Assembly (NCBI GenBank): GCA_016839365.1 | Contig: JAEOUH010000046.1 | Span: forward strand, 1-24,566 | Direction of reading: 5' to 3' | DNA length: 24,566 nucleotides | Source: Candidatus Hermodarchaeota archaeon | Lineage (GTDB): Archaea > Asgardarchaeota > Hermodarchaeia > Hermodarchaeales > Hermodarchaeaceae | In this document: one piece after another, positions 8,819-18,033 of the stretch | Numbering within the stretch: position 1 is the stretch's first letter | How the letters are laid out: each line of letters starts with the position of its first letter | Program-made: the position numbers and the translations under genes | Notes under the pieces: model-generated | What the model was told of the DNA's origin: nothing | Seen by the model: only the letters and a program-made list of their open reading frames with translations | The model's database searches: none

Positions 8819-9823
8819 TTGACTGCCCAACCAACTCCTGATCAACCTGTGTTAGTAACCGGTGGAACTGGGTTCATAGGATCCCATCTGGCTAAACGCC
8901 TGGTGGCAGACGGTTACCGGGTAATATTATTCGAGGCTAGACCGAATCTAGCCCGAATTGAGGGTATTGCAGATCAGGTAACAGTTGTAAAAGGGGATGT
9001 GGCAGATTTAGATAGCATCCTCACTACCCTAAAAGAGTATGACATCCAACACATCTTCCACACTGCAGCGGCCCTTTCCGTTGAAGCGGAACGGGATTGC
9101 GACACGGCTTTTTCCTGCAACGTATCGGGAATCTATAACGTGTTGGAGGCAGCACGTGCTTTTGGCGTGCAACGCTTCATATTTCTTAGTAGCCTAGCGG
9201 TGTTCGGAGCAAACACTCCATTTCCCTTTCACGAGACGAGTTATCGCGACCCTGGGAGCTTTTACGGTGTAAGCAAAGCCTTTGGAGAAATGTTAGGTAA
9301 CTACTACCATCTGCGGCATGGATTCGATTTCAGGGGAGTACGATTTGCAGTGGTCATCGGTCCCGGGCGCCGTGGCGCAGGAGCCACAGTAACATACTCT
9401 AACTTCATCGAAAGCGCCGCCCTTGGAAAAACTGGCGTTATCGACATTCCTGACACAACTATTCTACCAATCATTTACGTTGAAGATGCAGCTGATTTTC
9501 TAATGGCCCTATGGAAGGCGCCCAAGCTCTCACGCCGCGTTTACATTGCGGGAGGAGTACCAATTCCGATTAAGGATCTCATTGCTGAGGTGAAGACTAT
9601 TATTCCCGAGGCGCAAGTGATGTTTCAGTTGGACCCAAATGCCGAAAGGGTAGCTCAGACTTGGTCATTTCTTACCACCCTTCTAGTGCAGCAGGGCAAA
9701 GAAACCCTGTATCGTGACATCGAAGATTTAGGATGGAAGCTGCAATTTGACTCGATACCAGAGATTGTAAAACATTTCATCGAATATGTACAAGCAAGAA
9801 AGGAAATTTATTCGAGATTTTAG
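8819..9823 (+). CDS. Extended SDR, NAD-dependent epimerase/dehydratase family; L-threonine 3-dehydrogenase-like
   Basis: TGGTGFIG, HTAAALS, SSLAVFG, YGVSK (YxxxK) and GNYYHLRHGFDFRGVRF, resembling SDR-type threonine dehydrogenases. Confidence 0.85.
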   Translation: MTAQPTPDQPVLVTGGTGFIGSHLAKRLVADGYRVILFEARPNLARIEGIADQVTVVKGDVADLDSILTTLKEYDIQHIFHTAAALSVEAERDCDTAFSCNVSGIYNVLEAARAFGVQRFIFLSSLAVFGANTPFPFHETSYRDPGSFYGVSKAFGEMLGNYYHLRHGFDFRGVRFAVVIGPGRRGAGATVTYSNFIESAALGKTGVIDIPDTTILPIIYVEDAADFLMALWKAPKLSRRVYIAGGVPIPIKDLIAEVKTIIPEAQVMFQLDPNAERVAQTWSFLTTLLVQQGKETLYRDIEDLGWKLQFDSIPEIVKHFIEYVQARKEIYSRF

Positions 9824-9837
9824 TGGAGTTGGAATAC

Positions 9838-10794
9838 ATGAGTAAGATATCACGAACCACGGTTCTTGGTGCAGGAGCGATGGGCCACGGAATCGCCCAA
9901 GTATTTGCTCAAGCTGGATGCGATGTTGAACTATACGACATAGATGCTGATGCGCTCAGCCATGCAAAAGATCATATTAACGCTAACCTGCTTCAGCTGA
10001 TGGCCCACAGTGCTATTGCCAGGGAAACTATTCCCTTCACTTTATCGCGAATTCATATAGAACCAGATTTTAATAAGGCGGTATCGAAGGCTGACTTGAT
10101 TGTTGAAGCAGTACCCGAACGATTGGATCTCAAACAGGAAGTATTCACAAAGGCTGAAAAAGCATGCTCGAAGAAGGCGATTCTGACTTCAACTACATCA
10201 GTGATTCGGGCTGGAGATATTGCAAAAGTGCTGGAAATGCCCCAGCGCCTAGTGGGTACACATTGGATGAATCCACCCTTTATCCTTCCTCTGGTTGAAA
10301 TCATTCGTGCCCCGAAAACCTCTGACGCAGTAGTAAATCAGATCAAGACCTTTTTAGAAGAAGAATGTGGCAAACGTACAATTATCTGCAATGATACGCC
10401 TGGGTTTGTTGTCAACCGATTGGCAGGGGCTGTTCTAAAGGAGGCAGCTAACCTCATTGAAGAGGACGTGGCTACTCATATTGAAATCGACAGGGCTTGG
10501 AAAGAGCATCTTGGACCAGTATTCCTACAATATGGACCTTTTGGGAACCTTGACTATATCGGGCTCGATGTTGTGGTTCTTGCGGCCAAATATCTGGCTT
10601 GGGCACTCAATGATGAAGGATACAAATTACCTCAATGGCTAGAAAACACCGTTCTCAAAGGAAATTTAGGAATCAGGACTGGCAAGGGCATTTACGAATA
10701 TCCTGATCAGACTCCTGAAGACCTACGGCGTAAACGAGCAGAAGAGCTCTTAGTATTACTCCAAAAGGTAGGATTAGCGACGGTGCATAAGTAG
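9838..10794 (+). CDS. 3-hydroxyacyl-CoA dehydrogenase family protein
   Basis: GAGAMGHGIA, EAVPERLDLK, HWMNPP..PLVE, PGFVVNRL, GPF..LDYIGLD and GKGIYEY. Likely start is ATG 9838. Confidence 0.9.
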   Translation: MSKISRTTVLGAGAMGHGIAQVFAQAGCDVELYDIDADALSHAKDHINANLLQLMAHSAIARETIPFTLSRIHIEPDFNKAVSKADLIVEAVPERLDLKQEVFTKAEKACSKKAILTSTTSVIRAGDIAKVLEMPQRLVGTHWMNPPFILPLVEIIRAPKTSDAVVNQIKTFLEEECGKRTIICNDTPGFVVNRLAGAVLKEAANLIEEDVATHIEIDRAWKEHLGPVFLQYGPFGNLDYIGLDVVVLAAKYLAWALNDEGYKLPQWLENTVLKGNLGIRTGKGIYEYPDQTPEDLRRKRAEELLVLLQKVGLATVHK

Positions 10795-10797
10795 TGT

Positions 10798-12486
10798 TTA
10801 ATAGTCCCGTTTAGTGGAGAAAATTTGGGATAGTAGTGTCATGTATTTTCGAGAGACACGGACATCAAGCACATAAGGTTGACCTGATTCCGTAGCTCGT
10901 TTGAGTGCAGGTCGGATTTCGTCCGGTTTTGTAACCAGTTCGCCTCGAGCTCCCAATCCTTCAGCAAGCTTGTCTAAGCGGGCGCGTTCGTTTAGTAGAG
11001 TGCCACAGGAAGCCCGTTCTTCTGAGCGAGTTTTGAGTAGACGGGTGTGGTAAACGAGTCCCCAGGCACAATCATTGTTGACTATAGCGACAACAGGGAT
11101 GTTATGCCGTACAGCAGTGTCTAATTCACTGACATTGAACATGAAACTACCATCCCCTGAAATGAGATACACAGGGGTTTCAGGACGTGCAAGCTTAGCA
11201 GCCAGACTAATTGGCAATCCAGCACCTAGGTGTCCGAGAGGTCCTTGTGATCCAATGATTTGTCCCGGATGGTTGGCACGAAGGTAAAGATAAGCCCATG
11301 CAGTTGTATCACCCCCGTCTAACACGAACAGGCTATTCGATGAGGCGAATTCTCGGATTTCCTTCATCAAACGCTGTGGTTTAATTGGCACTTCATCAGA
11401 ATCCGCGTCTTTTTCAAGTACTTCGAAAAGCTGCTCCCAGGCTACCCGTGATTGTTTTGCAAAATTACTGGCTTTGCGCTTTTTTGTCAATTCCTTTGCT
11501 GTTTGAAGCATTTGCATCAATACTGCTTTAGCATCACCAAGAATCCCCACAGAAACTGGCCGATTCTTAGCGATTGCATCAGGTTCAATATCAACGTGAA
11601 TGAAGTGTGTATCCTCCGAGTAGAAGCTTGGATCACGCCCAAATCCAAGGAATTCGTCAAGTCGTGCACCTACAACCAAAATCATGTCTGCTTGTCGTGT
11701 GAAAGGATTAGCAATAGCATTTCCGATTGAGAGGGGGTGGTTTTGAGGAAAACACCCGGTTGCCAAATACTCTGCGGCGACGGGAATCCCGAGGTATTCG
11801 GCGAATTTCACAAGTTCCTTGCATGCTCGTGACCAGTATACACCGCTTCCTGCAATGATGACTGGACGTTCGGCTTTTAGAAGCAATATAACTGCCTTTT
11901 TGACCAATATTGGGTCACCAAGGAGGCGCCCCATCGGGCGGTATTGGGTAGGTTTCAGGAAGCGTTGTTCAGCTTCTTCGCTGGGAGCGGCGATGATATC
12001 TTTGGGGATATCTAAGAGTACTGGCGCCATTCGTCCAGTTAGCGAAGCTTTGAAAGCTTTTTGCAGGTATTCGCTGATGCGGTGAGGAAACACGCATCGC
12101 CGTGTCCATTTGGTAACGGATGATACAAGAGCCTTCAAGTCTAAGTCTTCAAAGGCATCCATTTCTACTAACTTATGAGAAATACTCGAAGTAATGGCGA
12201 CGACTGGGCTGCCCATCTGATAAGCCTGTGCAAGCGCGGGGACAGCATTGACGATTCCAGGTCCCATTGGAAGAAGGCAAACGCCTGGAGTCCGTGTAAC
12301 TCGAGCCCATCCATCAGCGGCGTTACCTGCAGCCTGTTCGTGACGTGTCGTAATGATTTGAATCCCTTCGGCTTCAAGGGCATCATATATGGGAAGGATT
12401 TCTCCGCCTGGGAGGGAGAAGACATGGGTAATGCCTTCAGCTTTTAGAACTCCAACTACTGCTTTACCACTATCAGTTTGAGGCAT
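10798..12486 (-). CDS. ThDP-dependent enzyme, acetolactate synthase-like / 2-hydroxyacyl-CoA lyase-like
   Basis: RHEQAAGNAADG (catalytic Glu) and the ThDP-binding motif GDGSF...NNDCAWG. ATG 12486 follows AGGTGAGG. Confidence 0.9.
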   Translation of the reverse strand: MPQTDSGKAVVGVLKAEGITHVFSLPGGEILPIYDALEAEGIQIITTRHEQAAGNAADGWARVTRTPGVCLLPMGPGIVNAVPALAQAYQMGSPVVAITSSISHKLVEMDAFEDLDLKALVSSVTKWTRRCVFPHRISEYLQKAFKASLTGRMAPVLLDIPKDIIAAPSEEAEQRFLKPTQYRPMGRLLGDPILVKKAVILLLKAERPVIIAGSGVYWSRACKELVKFAEYLGIPVAAEYLATGCFPQNHPLSIGNAIANPFTRQADMILVVGARLDEFLGFGRDPSFYSEDTHFIHVDIEPDAIAKNRPVSVGILGDAKAVLMQMLQTAKELTKKRKASNFAKQSRVAWEQLFEVLEKDADSDEVPIKPQRLMKEIREFASSNSLFVLDGGDTTAWAYLYLRANHPGQIIGSQGPLGHLGAGLPISLAAKLARPETPVYLISGDGSFMFNVSELDTAVRHNIPVVAIVNNDCAWGLVYHTRLLKTRSEERASCGTLLNERARLDKLAEGLGARGELVTKPDEIRPALKRATESGQPYVLDVRVSRKYMTLLSQIFSTKRDY

Positions 12487-12518
12487 TGACAACCTCACCT
12501 ATGCACCATATAGGCATG

Positions 12519-13769
12519 CTATATTGGTTCTAATTCTTTGCCCTTGGTCTCGGGTAAAAGCCATGGCAGGATCAGCATTAGGACAAACCCAAAGCTTCCC
12601 AGCATCATAGCTTGTGCCATCGGCCAACCGAAGAAGTCCACTAGAATTCCAACGATTACAGCTCCCAGTGCAAAGGCACGTGCCGTGCTGAAGATGAACG
12701 AAGCAGCCGCGGCTCGAGAACTTGTTGGAAAGATTTCGCTAGTCCACACTCCAAAAAGTCCATGAGAACTGAATCCCAGTGCCAAGATAAATAGCCCTCC
12801 GACGGCTACGAAGGGGTTGATCAGAATAAACATCGCTATGGCGAATATCACTGAGCCAATAAGCCCGAAGAACGTTGGTACCATGAAGCCTTTTCGTCGT
12901 CCAATCCTATCGCCAATATAACCTACCAGAGGAAAGACGAAGAACAATATTGTGGCTATCAGAAGGAAGATTAGTAATGCTAGTGTGTTACCGAATCCAA
13001 GTTCAACATTGATGAAGTACACTCCCAAATCGACATAGGCATGATAGACGAATTCTGCAGCCCAAAAGAGGAGAATGCAGATTAATATGAGCTTGAGATA
13101 GCCCGAACTGACCAGCTTCTTAATCTGGTCCACCATTGGAATCGATTCTGAAGATTCAAGTTCATGGTATTTGAGCCATAGTTTAGATTCGGGAAGGACA
13201 AAATAGAGGATGGCAATGAAGGGCAGGGGAATAAGGGCAATTAGAAACACAGGTCGCCACCAATTAACGCTAAAGATTGGAAGAAGGATTGGTTCGAGAA
13301 GTAGGGTAGTGATTAGTACACCGACAAAGCCGATGATGAACATCGCGTGGACAAAGCCACCCCAGGTTGCTCGTCGTTTTGGAGCATAGACTTCACCCAG
13401 AAGAGCGAATGCAATCCCCCATGAAACGCCAAGTCCAGATAAGATTCGTAATATTGCAAAGACTATGAAATTAGGAGCAAACGCAGATAATCCTGTTAAA
13501 ATCGCATCCCAGGCGATGGTTAAGAGCAGGATGTTCTTTCGTCCCATTCTATCAGCTAACATACCAAAGATGATTGCACCAGGAACTGTGGCGATGAATT
13601 GGGCAGACATCACAAAGCCCAGTGCTGAAATTGGTACTCCGAATGACAGTTGAATTGGTTCTGCGAGAGCTGTGATGAGCGTTAGGCCAATAGCGTCATG
13701 GGCCCATCCAAGCGCACAGGCAAAGAAAACTATGAGTTTCTCAGTTCGTGTAAAGGGTGTTATCTCCAT
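12519..13769 (-). CDS. MFS transporter (organic/aromatic acid:H+ symporter-like)
   Basis: About 12 TM helices, GMLADRMGRK and GYIGDRIGRR motif A, SEIFPTSSRA, and PETKG. Confidence 0.9.
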   Translation of the reverse strand: MEITPFTRTEKLIVFFACALGWAHDAIGLTLITALAEPIQLSFGVPISALGFVMSAQFIATVPGAIIFGMLADRMGRKNILLLTIAWDAILTGLSAFAPNFIVFAILRILSGLGVSWGIAFALLGEVYAPKRRATWGGFVHAMFIIGFVGVLITTLLLEPILLPIFSVNWWRPVFLIALIPLPFIAILYFVLPESKLWLKYHELESSESIPMVDQIKKLVSSGYLKLILICILLFWAAEFVYHAYVDLGVYFINVELGFGNTLALLIFLLIATILFFVFPLVGYIGDRIGRRKGFMVPTFFGLIGSVIFAIAMFILINPFVAVGGLFILALGFSSHGLFGVWTSEIFPTSSRAAAASFIFSTARAFALGAVIVGILVDFFGWPMAQAMMLGSFGFVLMLILPWLLPETKGKELEPI

Positions 13770-13906
13770 ACAGAGACCTCCTATTGAAGAGATGAGAACT
13801 TAATCTAGCGTTTTCCCTTCTATGCCTAGCATCTACCTAAAGGGTTTTTGATGAGTAATGATGGTAGAAAGAAAAATCATAAGATACGGGTTAATGGGAG
13901 ACTTCG

Positions 13907-14653
13907 CTATTTCAAGAGTTCAAATTCGTTATCTTTCAAAGAGTAGCTATGCCTTCGGTCATCGAAGGTGAATCCTCGGTTCTTTATCACTTGGATCACA
14001 CGCATAGGTTGACCATTCGATTTGGGCTCACTGGTGAATTGAATGATAGAGTCACAAATCCGTTCAACGCTTTCAACAAAAGCGGGAGAATGCATTTCAG
14101 GATAGAAGGAGGCCACCACCGTAAGCTGGCGGGATCTAATTAGTGGGAGTAAACTGAGCCAAAAGCGCCACGCAACTTTATCCGATTCCATGGCATGTAA
14201 CAGGACGCTTAAAGAATCAATGAACATGAGCGGATGGTCAAACCGACTCACTGTGATTCGCCACTCTTCATAGAATTTGGCTGCGTACCGGACGTTGGAA
14301 CAGCGAATTATACCATTCTCACTAACAATGGGGATTTGAGCGGGTTCCCCGTAGGTCATTGAGGAGAGGGCGTCCATGAAGATGAACTGATCTGATTTAG
14401 CCGTTGACAGGATTTTATGACTGCCTGGAAGGTCTTGAAATTCTTTCACGGTGTGTTCGGAAAGTAACAGGACTGCACCTTCTCCACGTTGCACACCACT
14501 AGAGATGAAATCCATTCCAACAATTCCGGTTAACCCACTGGATTCGCCGAGTAATTCTTCCAAAAGGCAGGTGGTTCCTCGCCGTATTCCTCCACCTAAA
14601 AGTGTGTCAATGGCAGGAATTCCTATCGATATGATGTTCTCATCCTTGGACAT
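13907..14653 (-). CDS. KaiC/RAD55-like RecA-superfamily protein with a degenerate Walker A (copy 2)
   Basis: SIGIPAIDTLLGGGIRRGTTCLL, IDSLS and IQVIKNRG. The P-loop reads EELLGESSGLT. Clear paralog of 7938-8678. Confidence 0.87.
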   Translation of the reverse strand: MSKDENIISIGIPAIDTLLGGGIRRGTTCLLEELLGESSGLTGIVGMDFISSGVQRGEGAVLLLSEHTVKEFQDLPGSHKILSTAKSDQFIFMDALSSMTYGEPAQIPIVSENGIIRCSNVRYAAKFYEEWRITVSRFDHPLMFIDSLSVLLHAMESDKVAWRFWLSLLPLIRSRQLTVVASFYPEMHSPAFVESVERICDSIIQFTSEPKSNGQPMRVIQVIKNRGFTFDDRRHSYSLKDNEFELLK

Positions 14654-14767
14654 GATCGGTGATCCACCTAGGTACTCGTCCCACTAATTATTATGGATTC
14701 GTTTCTTAACGATTTTTCCCTTCCTCAATTCTCATCGAACTCAGATTGAGAAATTATGGGGGGAGGA

Positions 14768-15670
14768 CTAATAAATCGTACGGGCGATGTCTTCGATGAA
14801 ATCGGTCCGATGCTCTATCAGAAGCTGGGGATTTTCAACGAAGATAGTGATAGCATAGGTAAGCGATACGGAGCTGATTGAAACCAAGGAAAAGACAGGT
14901 TCAAATCCAAATTTCTGTTCCCATCTCTTACATATGTCACTAAGGAACTTTGCGTAGTCTTCTTCTTTCACTTCAATGGGAAATTCCAGTTCTAGGGTGT
15001 ATTGGATAAGATCAGAAGGATCAATGACTTTACTAATGCTTTGCCAGATACGTGAAGGCATCGAGGTCCCTTCTGCTGGCTCCATTTTTTTCTTTTTTCT
15101 CCGTTTTCGGTCAAATTTGAAGTTCGTCACCGAGGAGCTCATAACAGTGTTGTTGGGTATCAGTGTCACAGAGCCATCGATTTGTCGTAGTTTAGTATAG
15201 TTCATACTTACTTCAAGAACGATGCCTTCGTTTCCTCCAATGCGGACATAATCACCTACATCAAAAGGATCCGTAAAGAGCACATAGATTCCAGCAACGA
15301 AGTTACGCATTGCGGCACTAATAGCAATACCCACTGCAAGACCAATGATTACGGAAGCGTCTCCCACTATCAAGCTTACCCAAAGTAAGAACTGAGGAGG
15401 AAGAAAAGCGGTCAAGACGACAATCGCAATCCAAATGAAAATGAGGCGTATCCCGAGGATAAGCCCGTTGATTGCATCAGCGGACATGCCTCCGTGCACT
15501 GCTCTTTTTCTGAGAAATCGGGTGATGAAGGATGAAATGATCAAGAGAATGATCCAAATGCAGATTACTACAATAATATTCAGGAGAAATGGGCTCCAAA
15601 ATTGCAACCATTCTATTAAATTTTCAATGATTATTCCGATGGGGTCTGTAGCTTGTAGCATAGATTTCAC
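14768..15670 (-). CDS. MscS-family mechanosensitive channel
   Basis: N-terminal TM helices, then NFVAGIYVLFTDPFDVGDYVRIGGNEGIVLEVSMNYTKLRQIDGSVTLIPNN. The start may instead be ATG 15661. Confidence 0.88.
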   Translation of the reverse strand: MKSMLQATDPIGIIIENLIEWLQFWSPFLLNIIVVICIWIILLIISSFITRFLRKRAVHGGMSADAINGLILGIRLIFIWIAIVVLTAFLPPQFLLWVSLIVGDASVIIGLAVGIAISAAMRNFVAGIYVLFTDPFDVGDYVRIGGNEGIVLEVSMNYTKLRQIDGSVTLIPNNTVMSSSVTNFKFDRKRRKKKKMEPAEGTSMPSRIWQSISKVIDPSDLIQYTLELEFPIEVKEEDYAKFLSDICKRWEQKFGFEPVFSLVSISSVSLTYAITIFVENPQLLIEHRTDFIEDIARTIY

Positions 15671-16007
15671 GGGCTTTGATGAAATTGGTCAGGTAGTTAG
15701 GGTATTCTGAGATTCAGAACTCCGGCCTCGCGGATGGATGGTTCAAATCCGGATGCCCCGATGGTGGCCAATAGCCATTGCAGTAGTTCCAGCACTTAAT
15801 CAATTCCTTTGGCTGAGGTATTATGCATTTGTGAACCGGGTTTATTTCAGCCTTTGGCTCATGATGCTTTTTAAAGAACTAGAATTGCTAGTCGGCAAGT
15901 TTATTCAGCCCCAAGTTTTTTCAATTTGCTAGGGTAACGTTACAGCATAGTTAAGGATGGTTTAAATGATGCAGGAGCACAGTAAACGGCGATTAGACAA
16001 AAGCGGG

Positions 16008-16173
16008 TCCACCATTTTCATCCTTCTGACTTTGATTGTGGGCATTTATGGCATGAACCTCCTTAATATGCCTGAATATGCCTGCCCCTTACACTTACCC
16101 CATCTTGTTGATCGCAATGCTCTGTATCGGCGTAGGATTAGTAGCGTATTTCCGGAAAAAGCGATGGTTCTAA
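16008..16173 (+). pseudogene. corA: CorA Mg2+/Co2+ transporter C-terminal remnant (truncated, one frameshift)
   Basis: STIFILLTLIVGIYGMNLLNMPEY contains the GMN and MPE motifs. After a +1 shift near 16085-16090 the reading continues YTYPILLIAMLCIGVGLVAYFRKKRWF* (TAA 16171-16173). No N-terminal CorA domain upstream. Confidence 0.85.
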
Positions 16174-16242
16174 AAGTAAGAACTTTCTGTTGACCGGAGT
16201 ATCCGATTGTATCGTTATCCCAAATGAAGGGTGTTGAACTGA

Positions 16243-18033
16243 GTGGCTGAGGTCAAATACAAGAGCGCAACTGGCTACCAATTGGCGGCTTTAAGACGAT
16301 ATCCAGGTGTCACCATTGTAGCTACAGCTCTAGCTCTCTTTGCCTCTTATCTGCTAACCCTTCCTGCCATCCTGATTGGAAATGCCATCAACATCCTCGA
16401 CACTGAAGGATTGGGCTTCGCCTTTATCATGCAGGTGTGGACCATTCTGGGAATTGCCCTTACCCTCTTCCTCACTATCTTGCTTGCGGGTTACGCATTC
16501 GCCATCATTACTTTACGATGGGAACGCGATGCACGTCAAGAGTTCTTTGAACTTATCCAAGATAATAGTATGACCTTCCATGACCAAGTAGACAGCAATC
16601 AGCTACTTGCGGTCGCCATGCAGGACGTACGTTGGGTAAGATTCTCGCTTAATCCTGCCCTACGCAACATCATTTCAGCGATTGGCACACTGATTATCGC
16701 CTCCATCTTCCTTGCCTTGATGGATGTGTGGCTGGGTATCATTGTAGTGATTGGTGCACCCTTGTACCTCTACTTGGCATACCGGTATGCTGTGAAAATT
16801 GAACCGGTCCGTCGTAAACGATCAGAGCAGAACGAGAGTATCACTTCAATCAGCCAAGAGGTATTCCGCGGCATCGAAGTTGTACGAGCCTTTGGATCCG
16901 AAGAGCGAGAACAAGAAAAGTTCAATGACGCCGCGGGAGTCTACGAGGAACTAACCGCGCGTGAAGGGAAACTTGGAGCTTTTTACCTACCAACCTTGAT
17001 TCTTATCGCCATAACAACGATTGCTTTTGTATACGGGGCGTATCTGGTCTTAGTAGGGACTTGGTCTGTTGGTATGCTTGTCTCTGCCCTTGGGCTGTTT
17101 GCGGCCATTGAAGGGTTTAGTTTCATGCTCCCCCGCTTCCTACTTGTTATTCGGGGTGGGCATGTTAACGCCCAACGAATCATTAAGGTGCTTAATTGGC
17201 AGGACCCCCTTGAAGAACCTGAACTCGGAGTGACGGAGGTCGATTGGACGGGCGATATTGTATTTGATAACGTCAGTTTTCAATATGCCACTGATAACGG
17301 TCACAACAATTCCTATGCTCTGAAAAACGTTAATCTCACAATCCCAAGTGGCTCTCGGGTAGCACTAATTGGAGGACCCGGAGGAGGCAAGAGCACAATT
17401 CTTAAACTGCTTTTGCGGCTCTACGACCCCACTGAGGGGCGCGTTCTTGTTGGAGGGATTGATCTTCGTAACGTATTGACGCGAGACGTACGTGCGGCAG
17501 TCGGGCTTGTTGAGCAAGATATCTTCCTGTTTCGGATGAGTGTCCGTGATAATATCGGATTCGGTTGTGTTGAAGCGTGTGAAGAGGAAATCTTCGATGC
17601 AGCACAAAAAGCGCAAGCACACGAATTCATCATGAAATTACCCAAAGGGTATGACACAATTATTGGCGAGCGTGGGATGACATTGAGTGGGGGACAACGT
17701 CAGCGTTTAGCTATCGCACGCACCTTAGTCCAAAATCCGAAAATTCTGCTTTTGGATGATTCGGTGAGCGCAATTGATGCCCAAACCGAATATTCACTGC
17801 GAAAAGCCCTCGACGAAGTGATGAAAAACCGAACAAGCATTACTGTCACTCAGCGTCTTCGAACCCTTCTTGAATCTGACTTAATTATAATCATTGATAA
17901 GGGCGTCATTATCGCAACAGGAACCCATGACTCATTAATAGAAAACTCCGAACATTATCAGCGAATTTTCAAGCGACTTCCCGGTGCTTTGCCTTACGCT
18001 CAGAAAAAACCAGGTAAGGAGGCTGGCAACTAA
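16243..18033 (+). CDS. ABC exporter TMD-NBD half, subunit with degenerate Walker B and H-loop
   Basis: TM domain, GGPGGGKS, LSGGQ, LLLDDS (Asp for the catalytic Glu) and TQR (Gln for His). Confidence 0.93.
   Translation: MAEVKYKSATGYQLAALRRYPGVTIVATALALFASYLLTLPAILIGNAINILDTEGLGFAFIMQVWTILGIALTLFLTILLAGYAFAIITLRWERDARQEFFELIQDNSMTFHDQVDSNQLLAVAMQDVRWVRFSLNPALRNIISAIGTLIIASIFLALMDVWLGIIVVIGAPLYLYLAYRYAVKIEPVRRKRSEQNESITSISQEVFRGIEVVRAFGSEEREQEKFNDAAGVYEELTAREGKLGAFYLPTLILIAITTIAFVYGAYLVLVGTWSVGMLVSALGLFAAIEGFSFMLPRFLLVIRGGHVNAQRIIKVLNWQDPLEEPELGVTEVDWTGDIVFDNVSFQYATDNGHNNSYALKNVNLTIPSGSRVALIGGPGGGKSTILKLLLRLYDPTEGRVLVGGIDLRNVLTRDVRAAVGLVEQDIFLFRMSVRDNIGFGCVEACEEEIFDAAQKAQAHEFIMKLPKGYDTIIGERGMTLSGGQRQRLAIARTLVQNPKILLLDDSVSAIDAQTEYSLRKALDEVMKNRTSITVTQRLRTLLESDLIIIIDKGVIIATGTHDSLIENSEHYQRIFKRLPGALPYAQKKPGKEAGN

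Noticed and set aside
15677-15710. C/D box sRNA (TGATGA...CTGA)
   Set aside because: The 24-nt spacer is too long, and there is no convincing C'/D pair or terminal stem.
15738-15932. 64-aa plus-strand ORF
   Set aside because: No recognisable motif or clear SD, and it overlaps the structured intergenic elements.
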